Shown here in pieces: positions 28,078 through 39,103 of a DNA stretch of 64,000 nt. The first letter of the stretch is position 1; each line of letters begins with the position of its first letter. Both the position numbers and the translations under genes were made by a program. Below the pieces are notes generated by a model, which worked only from the letters and a program-made list of their open reading frames with translations, did not search any database and was not told the origin of the DNA. The DNA is from Thermodesulfobacteriota bacterium (GTDB taxonomy: Bacteria; Desulfobacterota; BSN033; UBA1163): contig JBEKWN010000031.1 of assembly GCA_049513055.1 (NCBI GenBank), positions 8,012-72,011 on the forward strand. Direction: 5' to 3'.

Positions 28078-29315
28078 ATAGCAACCTCTCATTCCCAATT
28101 CCCAATTCCGAACTCCCCGATGGTTGGCGCTGGGTGAAACTGGGAGAGGTTGCAAAAGAATTTGTAAATGGTGGGACACCAAGTACAAATATACCGGAGT
28201 ATTGGGATGGAAATATACCTTGGATCACTGGTGCTGATGTAACTGATTTTTGGGTTTCAGGGGGAAGAAAGTTCATAACAGAGGACGGACTTAAGAATAG
28301 TGTGACCCACCTGGTTCCAAGAAATACAGTTTTAGTCGTTACAAGAACAGGCGTCGGTAAAGTAGGGATCGCTGCAAATGATTTGTGTTTTAGTCAGGAT
28401 ATTACTGGTGTAATCTGCAGCGAAGAAATCTATCCTGAATATTTAGCATGGTACATCTTCTCGGAGAGGAATAATTTAACAAATATTCAAAGAGGTGCAA
28501 CCATTAAAGGCCTGACGAGAAATGATATTGAAAGCTTGCAGATCCCTTTACCGCCTTTAGAGGAACAAAAGAGCATTTCGTTAAAAATTCAGGAATTGAT
28601 GCAAGAGGTGGAACGTGCCCGAACTGCCTGCGAAAAGCAATTAGAAGCAGCCAAAGCCCTTCCTTCCGCCCACCTGCGAGAGGTCTTCAAAAGCGAAGAA
28701 GCAAAGAAGTGGGAGAGAAAGAGGCTGGGGGAGGTATTAGAGGAACCTTTAAAAAACGGTTTAAATTACAGGAAAGAAGACTTTGGAGCAGGGGTTAAAT
28801 TTGTAAATGTATCCGATGTCTTTTGCAGTGCAAGGATTAATAATAAAAAGTTGGACAGAATAAATGTATCAATAGAAGATGTTAAGAAATATCAATTACA
28901 AACCGGGGACATTCTCATTGTGCGATCATCCTTGAAAAGAGAAGGGATAGCATATCCAGCCTTGTTTATAGAAGATGAGGAACCGGTAGTTTTTTGTGGC
29001 TTCTTAATAAGAATTAGACCTGATAAAGGGAAAGTTGCTCCCTTTTATTTGCTCAATTATTTACGCTCTTCAATTGCAAGGGAAAAATTGATCGGTGATT
29101 CTGACACAGTAACCATAACCAATGTTGACCAAGGAACTCTTCTTTCTTTAGATATCCCTATACCATCTTTAGATGAACAACAACGTATCACTTTCGAACT
29201 CAAAGAAAAAATGGTACAGGTAGAAAATCTGCAATCGGCGATCCAAAATCAACATTCCGCATTAAGTGTCTTACCCCAGTCAATTTTGAGAAAGGCATTT
29301 GGTGGAAAATTATGA
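28074..29315 (+). CDS. hsdS: Type I R-M specificity subunit
   Basis: LPDGWRWVKLGEV, GGTPS, IPLPPLEEQ, second repeat IPIPSLDEQ, SILRKAFGGKL. Confidence 0.93.
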   Translation: MNSNLSFPIPNSELPDGWRWVKLGEVAKEFVNGGTPSTNIPEYWDGNIPWITGADVTDFWVSGGRKFITEDGLKNSVTHLVPRNTVLVVTRTGVGKVGIAANDLCFSQDITGVICSEEIYPEYLAWYIFSERNNLTNIQRGATIKGLTRNDIESLQIPLPPLEEQKSISLKIQELMQEVERARTACEKQLEAAKALPSAHLREVFKSEEAKKWERKRLGEVLEEPLKNGLNYRKEDFGAGVKFVNVSDVFCSARINNKKLDRINVSIEDVKKYQLQTGDILIVRSSLKREGIAYPALFIEDEEPVVFCGFLIRIRPDKGKVAPFYLLNYLRSSIAREKLIGDSDTVTITNVDQGTLLSLDIPIPSLDEQQRITFELKEKMVQVENLQSAIQNQHSALSVLPQSILRKAFGGKL

Positions 29316-30124
29316 AAGTTAAAGTGCTTATTGAGAAGATTACAGAATTCAGAAATTTATTAAAAGAACATTCTGAGTTATGGAGAAAATCCTTAGATCA
29401 CCCAATTCCTGATTATCCTGTAAGGAGCACCGACAAATTAAAAGAGCAACAAATACAGCTTTTCAGGATATATTATCAAATTGATGAATATTTAACAAAA
29501 TTTAGCAAAGGGCGTTTGATGCGCCACCCTATGACAGGTATTGAATGGGATGTTTATAGATCTTCTATTGGTAACGACGTTGCACAAATTAAAGGACCTT
29601 CTTTAAATAATTCGCTTTTGGAGCTTGAAGGGATTATTGCAATATTAGAGGGAGAAGATCCAGAAAAGGAGATTACCGGCGGTCGTATTTCACAAGAAGA
29701 CAAAAGGGTTTTTATAAGTCACGGCGGTGAAACTAAAGCCCTACTAAAAATAGAACGGTTTCTAAGAGGTTTAGGAATCACACCTGTTATTGTTAAACAT
29801 GAACCCAGTTTAGGAAAATCTTTGGATGATTTGGTAGAGGAACAAATGGAAACCTGTGTAGCAGTTATTATACTTGCTACGAAAGACGATAAAATCAAGA
29901 ATGAAAAAGGTGAAGAATACTTTCAGCCTCGGCCAAATGTTATCCATGAAATAGGACTCGCTCAAGAAAAAGTTAGGGATAGAATTATTTATCTAAAAGA
30001 GGAGGGATGCAGATTTCCTTCAAATATTGCTCCGAAAGTATGGGAAAACTTCATTCAAGATAACATGGAAAATGCTTTCATTAAGGTAGGAAAAGAACTT
30101 AAAGCATTTGGGATTATTGAATAG
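29312..30124 (+). CDS. TIR-like domain protein (predicted nucleotide-binding/Cap12-type TIR) with unknown N-terminal domain
   Basis: VFISHG..IERFL..LGITPVIV..GKSLDD..VIILATKDD..PRPNVIHEIG, with the predicted catalytic Glu present; AT-rich gene. Confidence 0.85.
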   Translation: MKVKVLIEKITEFRNLLKEHSELWRKSLDHPIPDYPVRSTDKLKEQQIQLFRIYYQIDEYLTKFSKGRLMRHPMTGIEWDVYRSSIGNDVAQIKGPSLNNSLLELEGIIAILEGEDPEKEITGGRISQEDKRVFISHGGETKALLKIERFLRGLGITPVIVKHEPSLGKSLDDLVEEQMETCVAVIILATKDDKIKNEKGEEYFQPRPNVIHEIGLAQEKVRDRIIYLKEEGCRFPSNIAPKVWENFIQDNMENAFIKVGKELKAFGIIE

Positions 30125-30133
30125 GAGCGAAAT

Positions 30134-31669
30134 TTGCCTAAGTTCAACAATCGTAAAATTACATCTCCGCAATCGTTGAATGCCTACATCAAGGGTATTT
30201 GCGATATTATGAGGAGGTCGGGGAGGGCGGGGGCGCTTCAATATGTCCCTGAGCTTACCTGGATGCTTTTCCTTCGCATTCTTGATGAGCGGGAAGAGAA
30301 AGAAGCAGAACAGGCAAAGGCAGTGGGGGCCGATTTCAGACACTCCTTAGAATTTCCTTACAGGTGGAGGGATTGGGCAGCACCATTCAATTGCGGAATG
30401 CGGAATGAAGAATGCGGAATAAAAAGAAAAGAATTGCAAAATAGTACTCTTGGGGCGTTCATGTCTTTTATGAATGGAGACCTTATACCCTATCTTAAGA
30501 ACCTCAAGAACAAAACAGGTGCAACACCGCGCCAAAAAGTAATCAGTGAGGTCTTTTCATCTATTGAAAAAACAGGTGTAGATACAGAGCGTAATCTTCT
30601 TGATATCCTCGATAAAATTCACGAGCTTTCCTTAGAACAGGTTGACGAAACACACATGTTCCCAATATCTCAGGTCTATGAGGGGTTACTCCAGAAGATG
30701 GGAGAGAAAAACAATGACGGTGGGCAGTTCTTCACGCCGAGAGAAGTTATCCGTATAATGGTAAGGGTAATCAACCCTGGAATTGGCGAGACAGTTTATG
30801 ACCCATGCTGCGGCACCGGGGGATTTTTGGCTCAGGCGTATCAGTACATGAGGCCGAAGGCAAATACTGGAGTGGATATAGAGATCCTGAAAACAGGAAC
30901 TTTTTATGGCCGGGAGAAAGAAAACCTTGTTTACCCAATTGTTTTAGCAAACCTTGTCCTTCAGGAGATAGATGAACCACACATCTGGCATGGAAATACG
31001 CTAACAGGATATGAGGTTTATGGTGGCCTGTTTTCGGGTGCTCCACCTCTTTTTGATGTGGTGCTTACAAATCCTCCTTTCGGTGGTAAAGAGGGGAAGG
31101 ATGCCCGAACCCGTTTTGCATATAAGACAAGCTCAACGCAAGTGCTCTTTCTCCAGCATGTGATCGATAGCCTTAAGGCAGGTGGAAGGTGTGGGATCGT
31201 CATGGACGAAGGCGTACTCTTCCGCACAAACGAAACTGCCTTTGTTCAGACCAAGCGTAAACTTGTCAACGAATGCAATTTGTGGTGCATCGTGAGCCTT
31301 CCAGCGAAGGTTTTCCTCAATGCTGGCGCTGCCAGCAAAACTAATCTACTATTTTTTACGAAAGGTGAGCCAACAAAACAAATCTGGTATTACGATTTAT
31401 CTGACCTCAATATCACTAAAAAGCAACCCTTAACCCTGGAACAGTTCGAGGAATTTTTCAAATTGCTGCCTGAAAGGGCATCCGGTGAACGATCTTGGGT
31501 TGTTTCGATAGAAGAGATACAAGGTAAAAATTATGACATCAAGGCAGTTAATCCCAACCGAAAGGGATCGGAAGATAATCGGACACCAGAGGAACTTCTT
31601 TCTATAATTGAATCACAAGAAGAGGACATAAAGAAAGCCTTAATGGCATTGAAAAATAGGATGTCCTAA
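30134..31669 (+). CDS. hsdM: Type I R-M N6-adenine methyltransferase subunit
   Basis: GQFFTPREVI, YDPCCGTGGFL, LTNPPFG. Confidence 0.95.
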   Translation: MPKFNNRKITSPQSLNAYIKGICDIMRRSGRAGALQYVPELTWMLFLRILDEREEKEAEQAKAVGADFRHSLEFPYRWRDWAAPFNCGMRNEECGIKRKELQNSTLGAFMSFMNGDLIPYLKNLKNKTGATPRQKVISEVFSSIEKTGVDTERNLLDILDKIHELSLEQVDETHMFPISQVYEGLLQKMGEKNNDGGQFFTPREVIRIMVRVINPGIGETVYDPCCGTGGFLAQAYQYMRPKANTGVDIEILKTGTFYGREKENLVYPIVLANLVLQEIDEPHIWHGNTLTGYEVYGGLFSGAPPLFDVVLTNPPFGGKEGKDARTRFAYKTSSTQVLFLQHVIDSLKAGGRCGIVMDEGVLFRTNETAFVQTKRKLVNECNLWCIVSLPAKVFLNAGAASKTNLLFFTKGEPTKQIWYYDLSDLNITKKQPLTLEQFEEFFKLLPERASGERSWVVSIEEIQGKNYDIKAVNPNRKGSEDNRTPEELLSIIESQEEDIKKALMALKNRMS

Positions 31670-32277
31670 AAAGCTCAGGGAGAAACGATAACGAAGTGGG
31701 AACAGGATTTACTCAGAAACTTGCTGGACCCAAAATTGATGGTTTATTCTATTACATCCAAAGCGAAAATAACAAAAATAAAAATCTTTTTGGTGGGATT
31801 GTAGTAAACACAGACCAAAGGGATTATCGTGGGAGATGGGTTTATTTTGATAAGGCAAGCAGGGAATTAAAAGACAATGATTTTAGCAATTGGAAGAATC
31901 TAGAATTATAACAATACATTCTCTGACAAAAAAATACCTTTAAAGAAAGCCAAAAGAGAAGTGGAAGAATTTATTGGAAAAGGCTAACCCTATATGAAGA
32001 TTTAGAATGAGCAGACCCTAAAACTTCAATGAAGAATAAAGGATTTGAACCGAAAATTTACAATAGCTTACTTGATAGGATTGTTTATATCCTTGTCGTG
32101 GCGAGAACAAAACTCGTTAGCGGTGCAACCAAAAGGGTCTTTCTATCATGGAAACATAGTTAGCATATTATCGGAATAAATGTCAAGTATGATTACGTCT
32201 CGAACATCGTCCTGCTTAATTCCCGTTGACTTCCTTTTACGAAACCGGTAACTTTAGTTATCTAAATCAGAAAGGAG

Positions 32278-33285
32278 TTGGAAGCGTACAATGCGGTCTT
32301 GAAACAACTGGAAGCCCAGAGAGAGGCCGAACTGAAGCCGGAAAAGAAACTTGAGGAAAAGAAGGCGAAGGAGGTGATTCAGGTTGCAGAATCTTTGTCA
32401 TCAGAAGGGATTGCCAGGGAGACCAGCAATCTGAAGATAGAAACAGGAAAGATGCTCGCTCAAATTTCTGACCGTCTGGAGGAAGAGATTGGTAAATTCA
32501 AAGCGATTCAGAACGCAATCGTATTGAAGGAAAAAGAGCTTCAGGAACTTTATGAGATTGAAAAATCGGCTGTGACTCTGGCGGCCTTAATTGAATCTCA
32601 AAATCAGAAACGGCAGGCATTTGAACTCGAGATGGCTGAGAAGAAGGAAGCATTAAGTCAAGAGATTGAGGCTCTCCGTGCTCAGCGGGAGCAAGAGAAA
32701 AAGGAATATGAGGAAGAGATCAAGGAACGGGATATGACGGAAAAGAAGAGGCGCGAAAGAGAGAAAGACGATTACGAATATTCTTTTAAAAGAGAGCAAA
32801 AGTTAACCAAGGATAAATTTGAAGATGAAAAGTCGAAATTGGAAAAGGAAATCCAGATCAAAAAAGAGCAGATGGAAAGTGAGTTAAAGGAAAGAGAAAA
32901 AGCCATTGCCGGACGGGAAGATGAATTGAATGAGCTAAGGAAGAAGGCCAGTGTCTTTCCCAAAGAGATGGAAACCGCTGTTGCCAAGGCCATCAAAGAG
33001 ACAACAGAAAAGTTGAATCTGGAAGCTAAAAATAGAGAGGAGTTGCAGAGAAAAGAGTTTGTCGGGGAGCGAAATGTTCTTACTACCCGAATTGAATCTC
33101 TTGAAAAAAGTGTAAAAGAACAGAGTGAACAAATTGCTAAGTTTTCTCAGCAACTGGAGAAGGCATATCAGCAGGTACAGGAGATTGCCGTTAAAACCAT
33201 CGAGGGCTCTTCAACCATCAAGTCCTTTGCCAATCTTCAGCAATGGATCAGCGAACAGACAAGAAAGGCACCTCAGGAGAAATAA
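32278..33285 (+). CDS. Coiled-coil hypothetical protein, probably missing its original start and N-terminus
   Basis: E/K-rich heptad sequence; a strong RBS (AGAAAGGAG) abuts the TTG with zero spacing. Confidence 0.7.
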   Translation: MEAYNAVLKQLEAQREAELKPEKKLEEKKAKEVIQVAESLSSEGIARETSNLKIETGKMLAQISDRLEEEIGKFKAIQNAIVLKEKELQELYEIEKSAVTLAALIESQNQKRQAFELEMAEKKEALSQEIEALRAQREQEKKEYEEEIKERDMTEKKRREREKDDYEYSFKREQKLTKDKFEDEKSKLEKEIQIKKEQMESELKEREKAIAGREDELNELRKKASVFPKEMETAVAKAIKETTEKLNLEAKNREELQRKEFVGERNVLTTRIESLEKSVKEQSEQIAKFSQQLEKAYQQVQEIAVKTIEGSSTIKSFANLQQWISEQTRKAPQEK

Positions 33286-33356
33286 TTATTCGGTGTGGTT
33301 TGTAAACAATAGATAGGGTGAGAATGAAAAGGTCTTGGGTTAACCTTTAAAATTCG

Positions 33357-33767
33357 ATGAGACAAAAGACGTGGATCTACAGCCCACCAAAGCCAAAAGT
33401 GCCTGATGCCGTCAAAATGGAAGTTGAGACAAAGTCAATGGCGTTGGTAAACGACATCCTGAAGCCGGAACACCTTAAGCCTCCACCGAAGAATGCGAAG
33501 TGGAACTATATCGTTGACATCTACACCAAATGGCATCGTAACTACTTCTATTTCTGTGCCGAGTATGCCTGTCCAGGTCCTAATGCACTGTCCCCTTTTT
33601 TTGACACAGGGTTTGCTCGCCTGGAATACACTGGCGGTGCAGGTCGACAGAGCAGGTTCCACTTGTCCTACATGCGCCATACGGGGAGGTGGTGGGAGAT
33701 TCGACATGGCCTGTCACTTGAACAATGTTTGGCCGAAATCAGAGGGGATGGGCTCTTCCACCCCTGA
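33357..33767 (+). CDS. Hypothetical protein
   Basis: 136 aa ORF with ATG start and globular, aromatic-rich composition (WNYIVDIYTKW, FARLEY, SYMRHTGRW). Confidence 0.7.
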   Translation: MRQKTWIYSPPKPKVPDAVKMEVETKSMALVNDILKPEHLKPPPKNAKWNYIVDIYTKWHRNYFYFCAEYACPGPNALSPFFDTGFARLEYTGGAGRQSRFHLSYMRHTGRWWEIRHGLSLEQCLAEIRGDGLFHP

Positions 33768-33942
33768 GTTTGCGTTGGTCTTTCAGTATAAGAAGGGTTC
33801 TATTAAATTTCAAAAGACGCGGGATGTTAAGAGCTGGATATGAGCAATAGAGTCTTTGCTCCCAAGTATAATTGGCGTTATCTTCAGAGAAAGAATTAAG
33901 ACTTAAACTAAAATCAATACCAAGAATGTTGGAAGATAAGCA

Positions 33943-36459
33943 TTGACTAATCCAGAAGATCTTCAAACCCAGCTCCAAAAAGCATTAGCAGAATGTGCTT
34001 CCCTAAGGGAGGAAAATGAACGACTAAAGAAGCTACTTGGTTTGCCTCCTGAGCAGATTGTTCCACCTCACGAACTTGTCATTTCAGAACCACCGAGCTT
34101 ATATACCGCCACCGTCCCTCCAGTTACCAATAATTCTTCGATAGAAGAGCAAGTTACTCTTTTCCGATCTTTGTTCCGTGGACGGGAAGACGTATATCCA
34201 GTCAGATGGGAAGGGAAATATGGAAATTCTGGATATTCTCCTGCGTGTGCAAACGAATGGAAACGTCCCTTATGTGGCAAACCTAGGACTAAATGTGGGG
34301 ATTGTGAAAACCGAGATCTCATTCTAGTAACGGATGAAATAATCCGGGACCATCTAACCGGGAAACATATCATTGGAGTCTACCCACTTTTATTGGATGA
34401 GACATGTTGGTTTCTTGCCATAGATTTTGATAAGAAAACTTGGCAGGAGGATGTGGTCGCCTTTCTTGAAGTCTGCCGAGAAATGAGTGTACCCACGGCG
34501 CTTGAGCGTTCTCGGTCAGGGCAGGGTGGTCATGTTTGGATATTCTTTGATCGTCCAATTGAGGCTTCCATGGCCCGGAAGTTTGGTTGTACCATCCTGA
34601 CCCGTGCCATGGAGCGAAGACACCAAATTGGTTTGGATTCCTATGACAGATTCTTTCCTAGTCAAGATACCCTACCCAAAGGTGGCTTTGGGAATCTTAT
34701 TGCCCTTCCCTTACAATTTGCTTCAAAAAAGAAGGGCAATAGCGTTTTTGTGGACGAAGGCTTCGAAGCCTATCCCGACCAGTGGCTGTTCCTTTCAACA
34801 ATCAAGAGAATCCAGTGGGACGATGTAGAAGCTATCGTCCGGGAGGCATCGAGAAATGGAACCATCATTGACGTCCGCATAAGTCTTACTGATGGAGAAG
34901 CCTCTGAAGACCCTTGGACTTTACCGCCGTCAAAGAAAAGAATTGAAAAACCCATTCAAGGACCGCTGCCCCGAACTGTTCAGTTGGTCCAAAGCAACCT
35001 GGTCTATGTAGAAAAGAAGGGGTTACCCCCGGCCATGCTAAACCGATTAATTCGTTTAGCTGCTTTCCAAAACCCTGATTTCTATAGGGCTCAGGCGATG
35101 CGACTGTCCACATTCGGCAAACCGCGAGTCATTGGTTGTGCTGATGATTTCCCAGACCATATCGGTCTTCCGAGAGGCTGTCTCGAGGATGCTCTGGCAA
35201 TGTTAAAAGCCCACAACATCAAAGCAGAAATCGACAAAAAGCGTTTTGAGGGTGCCTCGATAGATGCAACTTTTCATGGTGAACTTCATCCTTTTCAGCA
35301 AGAAGCCGGCGAGAAATTGTTAGCTTATGACAACGGCATTTTGTCTGCTCCCACCGCTTTTGGTAAAACGGTGTTAGCGGCATGGCTTATTGCTCAAAGA
35401 AAAGTGAATACCCTCGTATTAGTGCATCGCAGACAACTCATGGATCAGTGGAGAGAACGGTTAGCACTGTTTTTTGATAAACCTATAGAAGATCTTGGTC
35501 AGATTGGTGGGGGCAAGACGAAGGTGACCGGTCATATTGACGTTGGTTTAATACAGAGCCTCATTCGCAAGGGCGAGGTCAAGGACATAGTGGCTGAATA
35601 CGGTCAAGTCATCGTTGATGAATGCCACCATATTCCCGCTTTTACCTTTGAACAAGTTCTCAAACAGGTGAAGGCCAGATATGTTGTCGGCCTTACCGCA
35701 ACTCCTATTCGTAAGGATGGTCATCACCCGATAATCATGATGCAGTGCGGTCCGATTCGTTTCAGAGAGAACGCCAAAAGACAGGCAGCGACAATGCCAT
35801 TTAAACATGTGGTCTTGACAAGGTTCACAGATTTTAAATTGCCTGCAGAATTAACCGATCCTAAAATACAAGATATTTATTCAGCCCTTGTATTTGACAA
35901 ACATCGCAATGAATTAATTTTCAACGATCTATTGAAAGCTTTAGAAATGGGACGGTCGCCCTTACTTCTAACCGAGCGTACTGAGCATTTAGAATGGTTT
36001 GCAGAACATCTTAAAGGTTTTGCTCAGAATATCATAATCCTGAGGGGCGGCATGGGCCCAAAACAACGTAAGGCACTGGCCGAACAGATTAAAGCAGTTC
36101 CCGATTCAAAGGAAAGAGTGATCATTGCCACGGGGCGCTATATTGGTGAAGGTTTTGATGATGCCAGACTAGACACATTATTTTTAGCTATGCCTATCTC
36201 TTGGCGGGGCACGCTCCAGCAATATGTGGGGCGTCTACACCGACATCACGATAACAAACAAGTCGTGCAGGTCTATGATTATGTTGACATTCATATCCCC
36301 ACATTAATGCGAATGTATAAGAAGCGACTTAAGGGTTATGATGCTATCGGATATCTGGTTCAGAATTCTCAGGAGAACCAGGGCATAGATAAGAATAAAC
36401 CCATTTTAAATATATTGAAGGTGTTTTCCCCGGAGATAAGGTTTCAGGGAAGGTGCTGA
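33943..36459 (+). CDS. AEP (TOTE-type) primase-like domain fused to an SF2 DEAD/DEAH helicase
   Basis: [49 protein letters not shown]; helicase motifs [27 protein letters not shown]. Confidence 0.85.
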   Translation: MTNPEDLQTQLQKALAECASLREENERLKKLLGLPPEQIVPPHELVISEPPSLYTATVPPVTNNSSIEEQVTLFRSLFRGREDVYPVRWEGKYGNSGYSPACANEWKRPLCGKPRTKCGDCENRDLILVTDEIIRDHLTGKHIIGVYPLLLDETCWFLAIDFDKKTWQEDVVAFLEVCREMSVPTALERSRSGQGGHVWIFFDRPIEASMARKFGCTILTRAMERRHQIGLDSYDRFFPSQDTLPKGGFGNLIALPLQFASKKKGNSVFVDEGFEAYPDQWLFLSTIKRIQWDDVEAIVREASRNGTIIDVRISLTDGEASEDPWTLPPSKKRIEKPIQGPLPRTVQLVQSNLVYVEKKGLPPAMLNRLIRLAAFQNPDFYRAQAMRLSTFGKPRVIGCADDFPDHIGLPRGCLEDALAMLKAHNIKAEIDKKRFEGASIDATFHGELHPFQQEAGEKLLAYDNGILSAPTAFGKTVLAAWLIAQRKVNTLVLVHRRQLMDQWRERLALFFDKPIEDLGQIGGGKTKVTGHIDVGLIQSLIRKGEVKDIVAEYGQVIVDECHHIPAFTFEQVLKQVKARYVVGLTATPIRKDGHHPIIMMQCGPIRFRENAKRQAATMPFKHVVLTRFTDFKLPAELTDPKIQDIYSALVFDKHRNELIFNDLLKALEMGRSPLLLTERTEHLEWFAEHLKGFAQNIIILRGGMGPKQRKALAEQIKAVPDSKERVIIATGRYIGEGFDDARLDTLFLAMPISWRGTLQQYVGRLHRHHDNKQVVQVYDYVDIHIPTLMRMYKKRLKGYDAIGYLVQNSQENQGIDKNKPILNILKVFSPEIRFQGRC

Positions 36460-37700
36460 AAGTCAGCAAGGATACGATCTTTGTTGATTTAGGGGGTAAG
36501 AGCGAGGGCCTTGCGGATATTCAGGAATTCCTGGACAAGGAGGGCAACCCCACCATCAAAGAAGGTGATTGGGTTGAGATGAGGGTGGCATCGATCCGGG
36601 ATGGAATTCATCTCACCAAGGGAATGAAGGTTCATGGTGCTGATGCTCTTGAGATCTTACGGGAGGCGAAAGAAAATCTCATCCCTGTAGAAGGAAGAGT
36701 TTCAGGTGTCGTGAAGGGAGGCTTTGAGATCGATCTTTCCGGCATTCGTGCCTTTTGCCCCTTAGGCCAGTTCGACCTTCATTTCTGTGAAAAACCTGAG
36801 GAGTATGTTGGATTGAGATCTCCATTTCGCATTGGCCTTGAGTGTGAAGGGAGAGTAATGAAACTGACCGACTTTGGCGCCTTTGTCGATATCGGGGGAA
36901 TCGAAGGGATGGTTCATATCTCTGAGATATCCCATGGAAGGATTAACCATCCATCAGAGATTCTCAAAACAGGCCAGCAGGTGAAGGTAAAAGTGTTGAA
37001 GATTGAAACAGATAAGGAGGGCCGGGTTAAAGTCTCTCTCTCCATCAAGGCCTTGCTGCCCGACTCATGGGATAAGGGTCTCGGATTTGAAGAAGGGGAG
37101 ATCATTCGTGGGAAGGTCTCCAGGCTCACTGACTTCGGTGCCTTTGTTGAGGTGGCGCCTGGCGTGGATGGCCTTGTTCACATTTCTGAAATCAGCTACG
37201 AACGTGTCTCTCATCCGAGCAGATTTCTTCATGAAGGGGATATGGTTGAGGTGCTGGTGATGGGAATAGATCGCCAAACGCACCGGGTTTCCCTATCGAT
37301 CAAAGAGGCGACTATTAAGAAAAGGATGGATATGGAGGGAGAGGGATTGGATAAGGTGCGCCTTGAAGTGGGACAGATTCTGAGAGGAATTGTTGAAGAC
37401 AGTAAGCCTTACGGTCTTTTTGTCAGGCTTCCCCAGCTCGGAGTAAAGGTAAGGGGTTTGCTTCCCATGGCGGAACTGAGAAATTCTGAAAAGGGGGATA
37501 TAAAAAAGAAGTTCCCCAAAGGTCAGGAGATTCAGGTGGAGATCATCTCCATAGACGAGCAGGGGAGAATACGGCTGTCACAAAGAGTGATGGAGGAGAG
37601 AGAAGACCGGGAGGACTACAAAAACTTTCTGGAGAAAGAGGATAAGGGCGGGAAGCTGGGAACTTTAGGAGACGTTTTCAAGAACTTGAAGCTGAAGTGA
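36423..37700 (+). pseudogene. Ribosomal protein S1-like multi-S1-domain protein, damaged (N-terminus lost, internal deletion)
   Basis: Repeated S1 motifs ([21 protein letters not shown]; [22 protein letters not shown]). The frame begins mid-domain ([10 protein letters not shown]) after stop 36396 with no ATG, and PFRI|GLECEG lacks the usual 'VSRR' strand and helix. Confidence 0.7.
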
Positions 37701-37711
37701 GGTAACTAGGA

Positions 37712-38197
37712 TTGACGTCAATGAAAAAAACGAATGCGGCAAGGTTTCTGGATGGTTTAAAGATTGAGTACAAACTATGCGAATATGAGATCGATGAGTC
37801 AGACCTCAGCGCCGAAAGTGTTGCAAAGAAGGTGGGTCTGCCTCCAGAGCAGGTATTTAAAACACTGGTTGCCCGCGGTGACAAAATAGGAGTATTAATG
37901 ACTTGTATTCCAGGAAATTCTGAACTCGACTTGAAAGCCATTGCTGCAACAAGCGGCAATAAAAAGGTGGAAATGGTCCATGTAAAAGAAATTCAGCAAT
38001 TAACGGGATATATCCGGGGAGGGGTTTCCCCAATTGGTACAAAAAAGCGCTATCCCATTTTTTTAGATGAAAGTGCTAAGAGGTTTCCATTTATCTCGAT
38101 CAGCGCTGGGACAAGGGGCTCCCAAATTTTTATTTCGCCAGGTGATTTGATCAAAGCGCTGGATATAACGGTATGCAAGATCGCCCAAAGTGAATAA
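37712..38197 (+). CDS. ybaK: Cys-tRNA(Pro) deacylase
   Basis: [36 protein letters not shown]. Confidence 0.93.
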   Translation: MTSMKKTNAARFLDGLKIEYKLCEYEIDESDLSAESVAKKVGLPPEQVFKTLVARGDKIGVLMTCIPGNSELDLKAIAATSGNKKVEMVHVKEIQQLTGYIRGGVSPIGTKKRYPIFLDESAKRFPFISISAGTRGSQIFISPGDLIKALDITVCKIAQSE

Positions 38198-38220
38198 ACT
38201 TCTGGAAAAGAGGATAAAAA

Positions 38221-39009
38221 ATGGGTGAACCGCATATACTCTATCGAATTGAGGGAAACATAGCCATCCTAACCATTAATCGGCCTGAAGCCAAAAATAC
38301 ATTTAGCCCTGAAATGCTGACCCTCTGGCGTCAGTTTCTTGAGGAGGCCAAGGCAGATCATAACGTCCGAGTTATTATTGTGACAGGAAAGGGCGATACG
38401 TTCTGTTCTGGAGGGGATATTCGAGAAATGGCAGAGGGGAGACTTCGGTCTTGGGATATGAAAAAATTTCTCTGGGAAGGAATACACAGGATTGTATTCG
38501 CCCTTGAAGATTTGGACAAACCCATTATTGCAGCCATTAATGGTGCAGCAATGGGGGCTGGGCTGGATATGGCCATTATGTGCGACCTCAGGGTTTGCTC
38601 GGATCGAGCCAAACTATCAGAATCTTATATCCTGCTAGGGCTTGTGCCTGGCGATGGAGGAGCCTATTTCCTTCCAAGATTGATTGGAATTGGGAAAGCT
38701 CTGGAGTTGTTATTTACAGGGGATGTTCTCAGTCCTCAGGAAGCTCTTGAAATAGGGCTTGTCAATCGTGTTGTTCCTCATGACCGACTCATGGAAGAGA
38801 CGATAATTCTGGCAGAAAAGATTGCGAGTAAACCTCCCCTTGCCATTCGCATGATGAAAAGGGCTGTTTACCAAGCCCAAACAAGTACCTTGAGGGCTCA
38901 TCTGGATTATATCTCCTCCCAACTCGGACTCTTATCAGAAACCCAGGATCATCAGGAGGCTGCTCGATCTTTTCTTGAGAAGAGAAAGCCGACATTTGAA
39001 GGAAAGTGA
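38221..39009 (+). CDS. Enoyl-CoA hydratase/isomerase family protein
   Basis: NRPEAKN, FCSGGDI, KPIIAAINGAAMGAG, GLVPGDGG. Confidence 0.93.
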   Translation: MGEPHILYRIEGNIAILTINRPEAKNTFSPEMLTLWRQFLEEAKADHNVRVIIVTGKGDTFCSGGDIREMAEGRLRSWDMKKFLWEGIHRIVFALEDLDKPIIAAINGAAMGAGLDMAIMCDLRVCSDRAKLSESYILLGLVPGDGGAYFLPRLIGIGKALELLFTGDVLSPQEALEIGLVNRVVPHDRLMEETIILAEKIASKPPLAIRMMKRAVYQAQTSTLRAHLDYISSQLGLLSETQDHQEAARSFLEKRKPTFEGK

Positions 39010-39103
39010 AGGATGAGTTGGCGTCAAGCGGTTATCCTGGGTTATGATGTTTTGTATTAGGTGGATCTGCATAAACAAAATAAATAAAAAGAAAGGAGTT
39101 TAA

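Noticed and set aside
31696-31987. AT-rich 71-aa ORF and following fragment after hsdM
   Set aside because: No recognisable motif or clear RBS; possibly a gene remnant but not supportable as a feature.
31982-32124. GGCTAAC ... GTTAGCG as a possible integron attC site
   Set aside because: Core sites deviate from RYYYAAC/GTTRRRY, internal complementarity is poor and no integrase is present.
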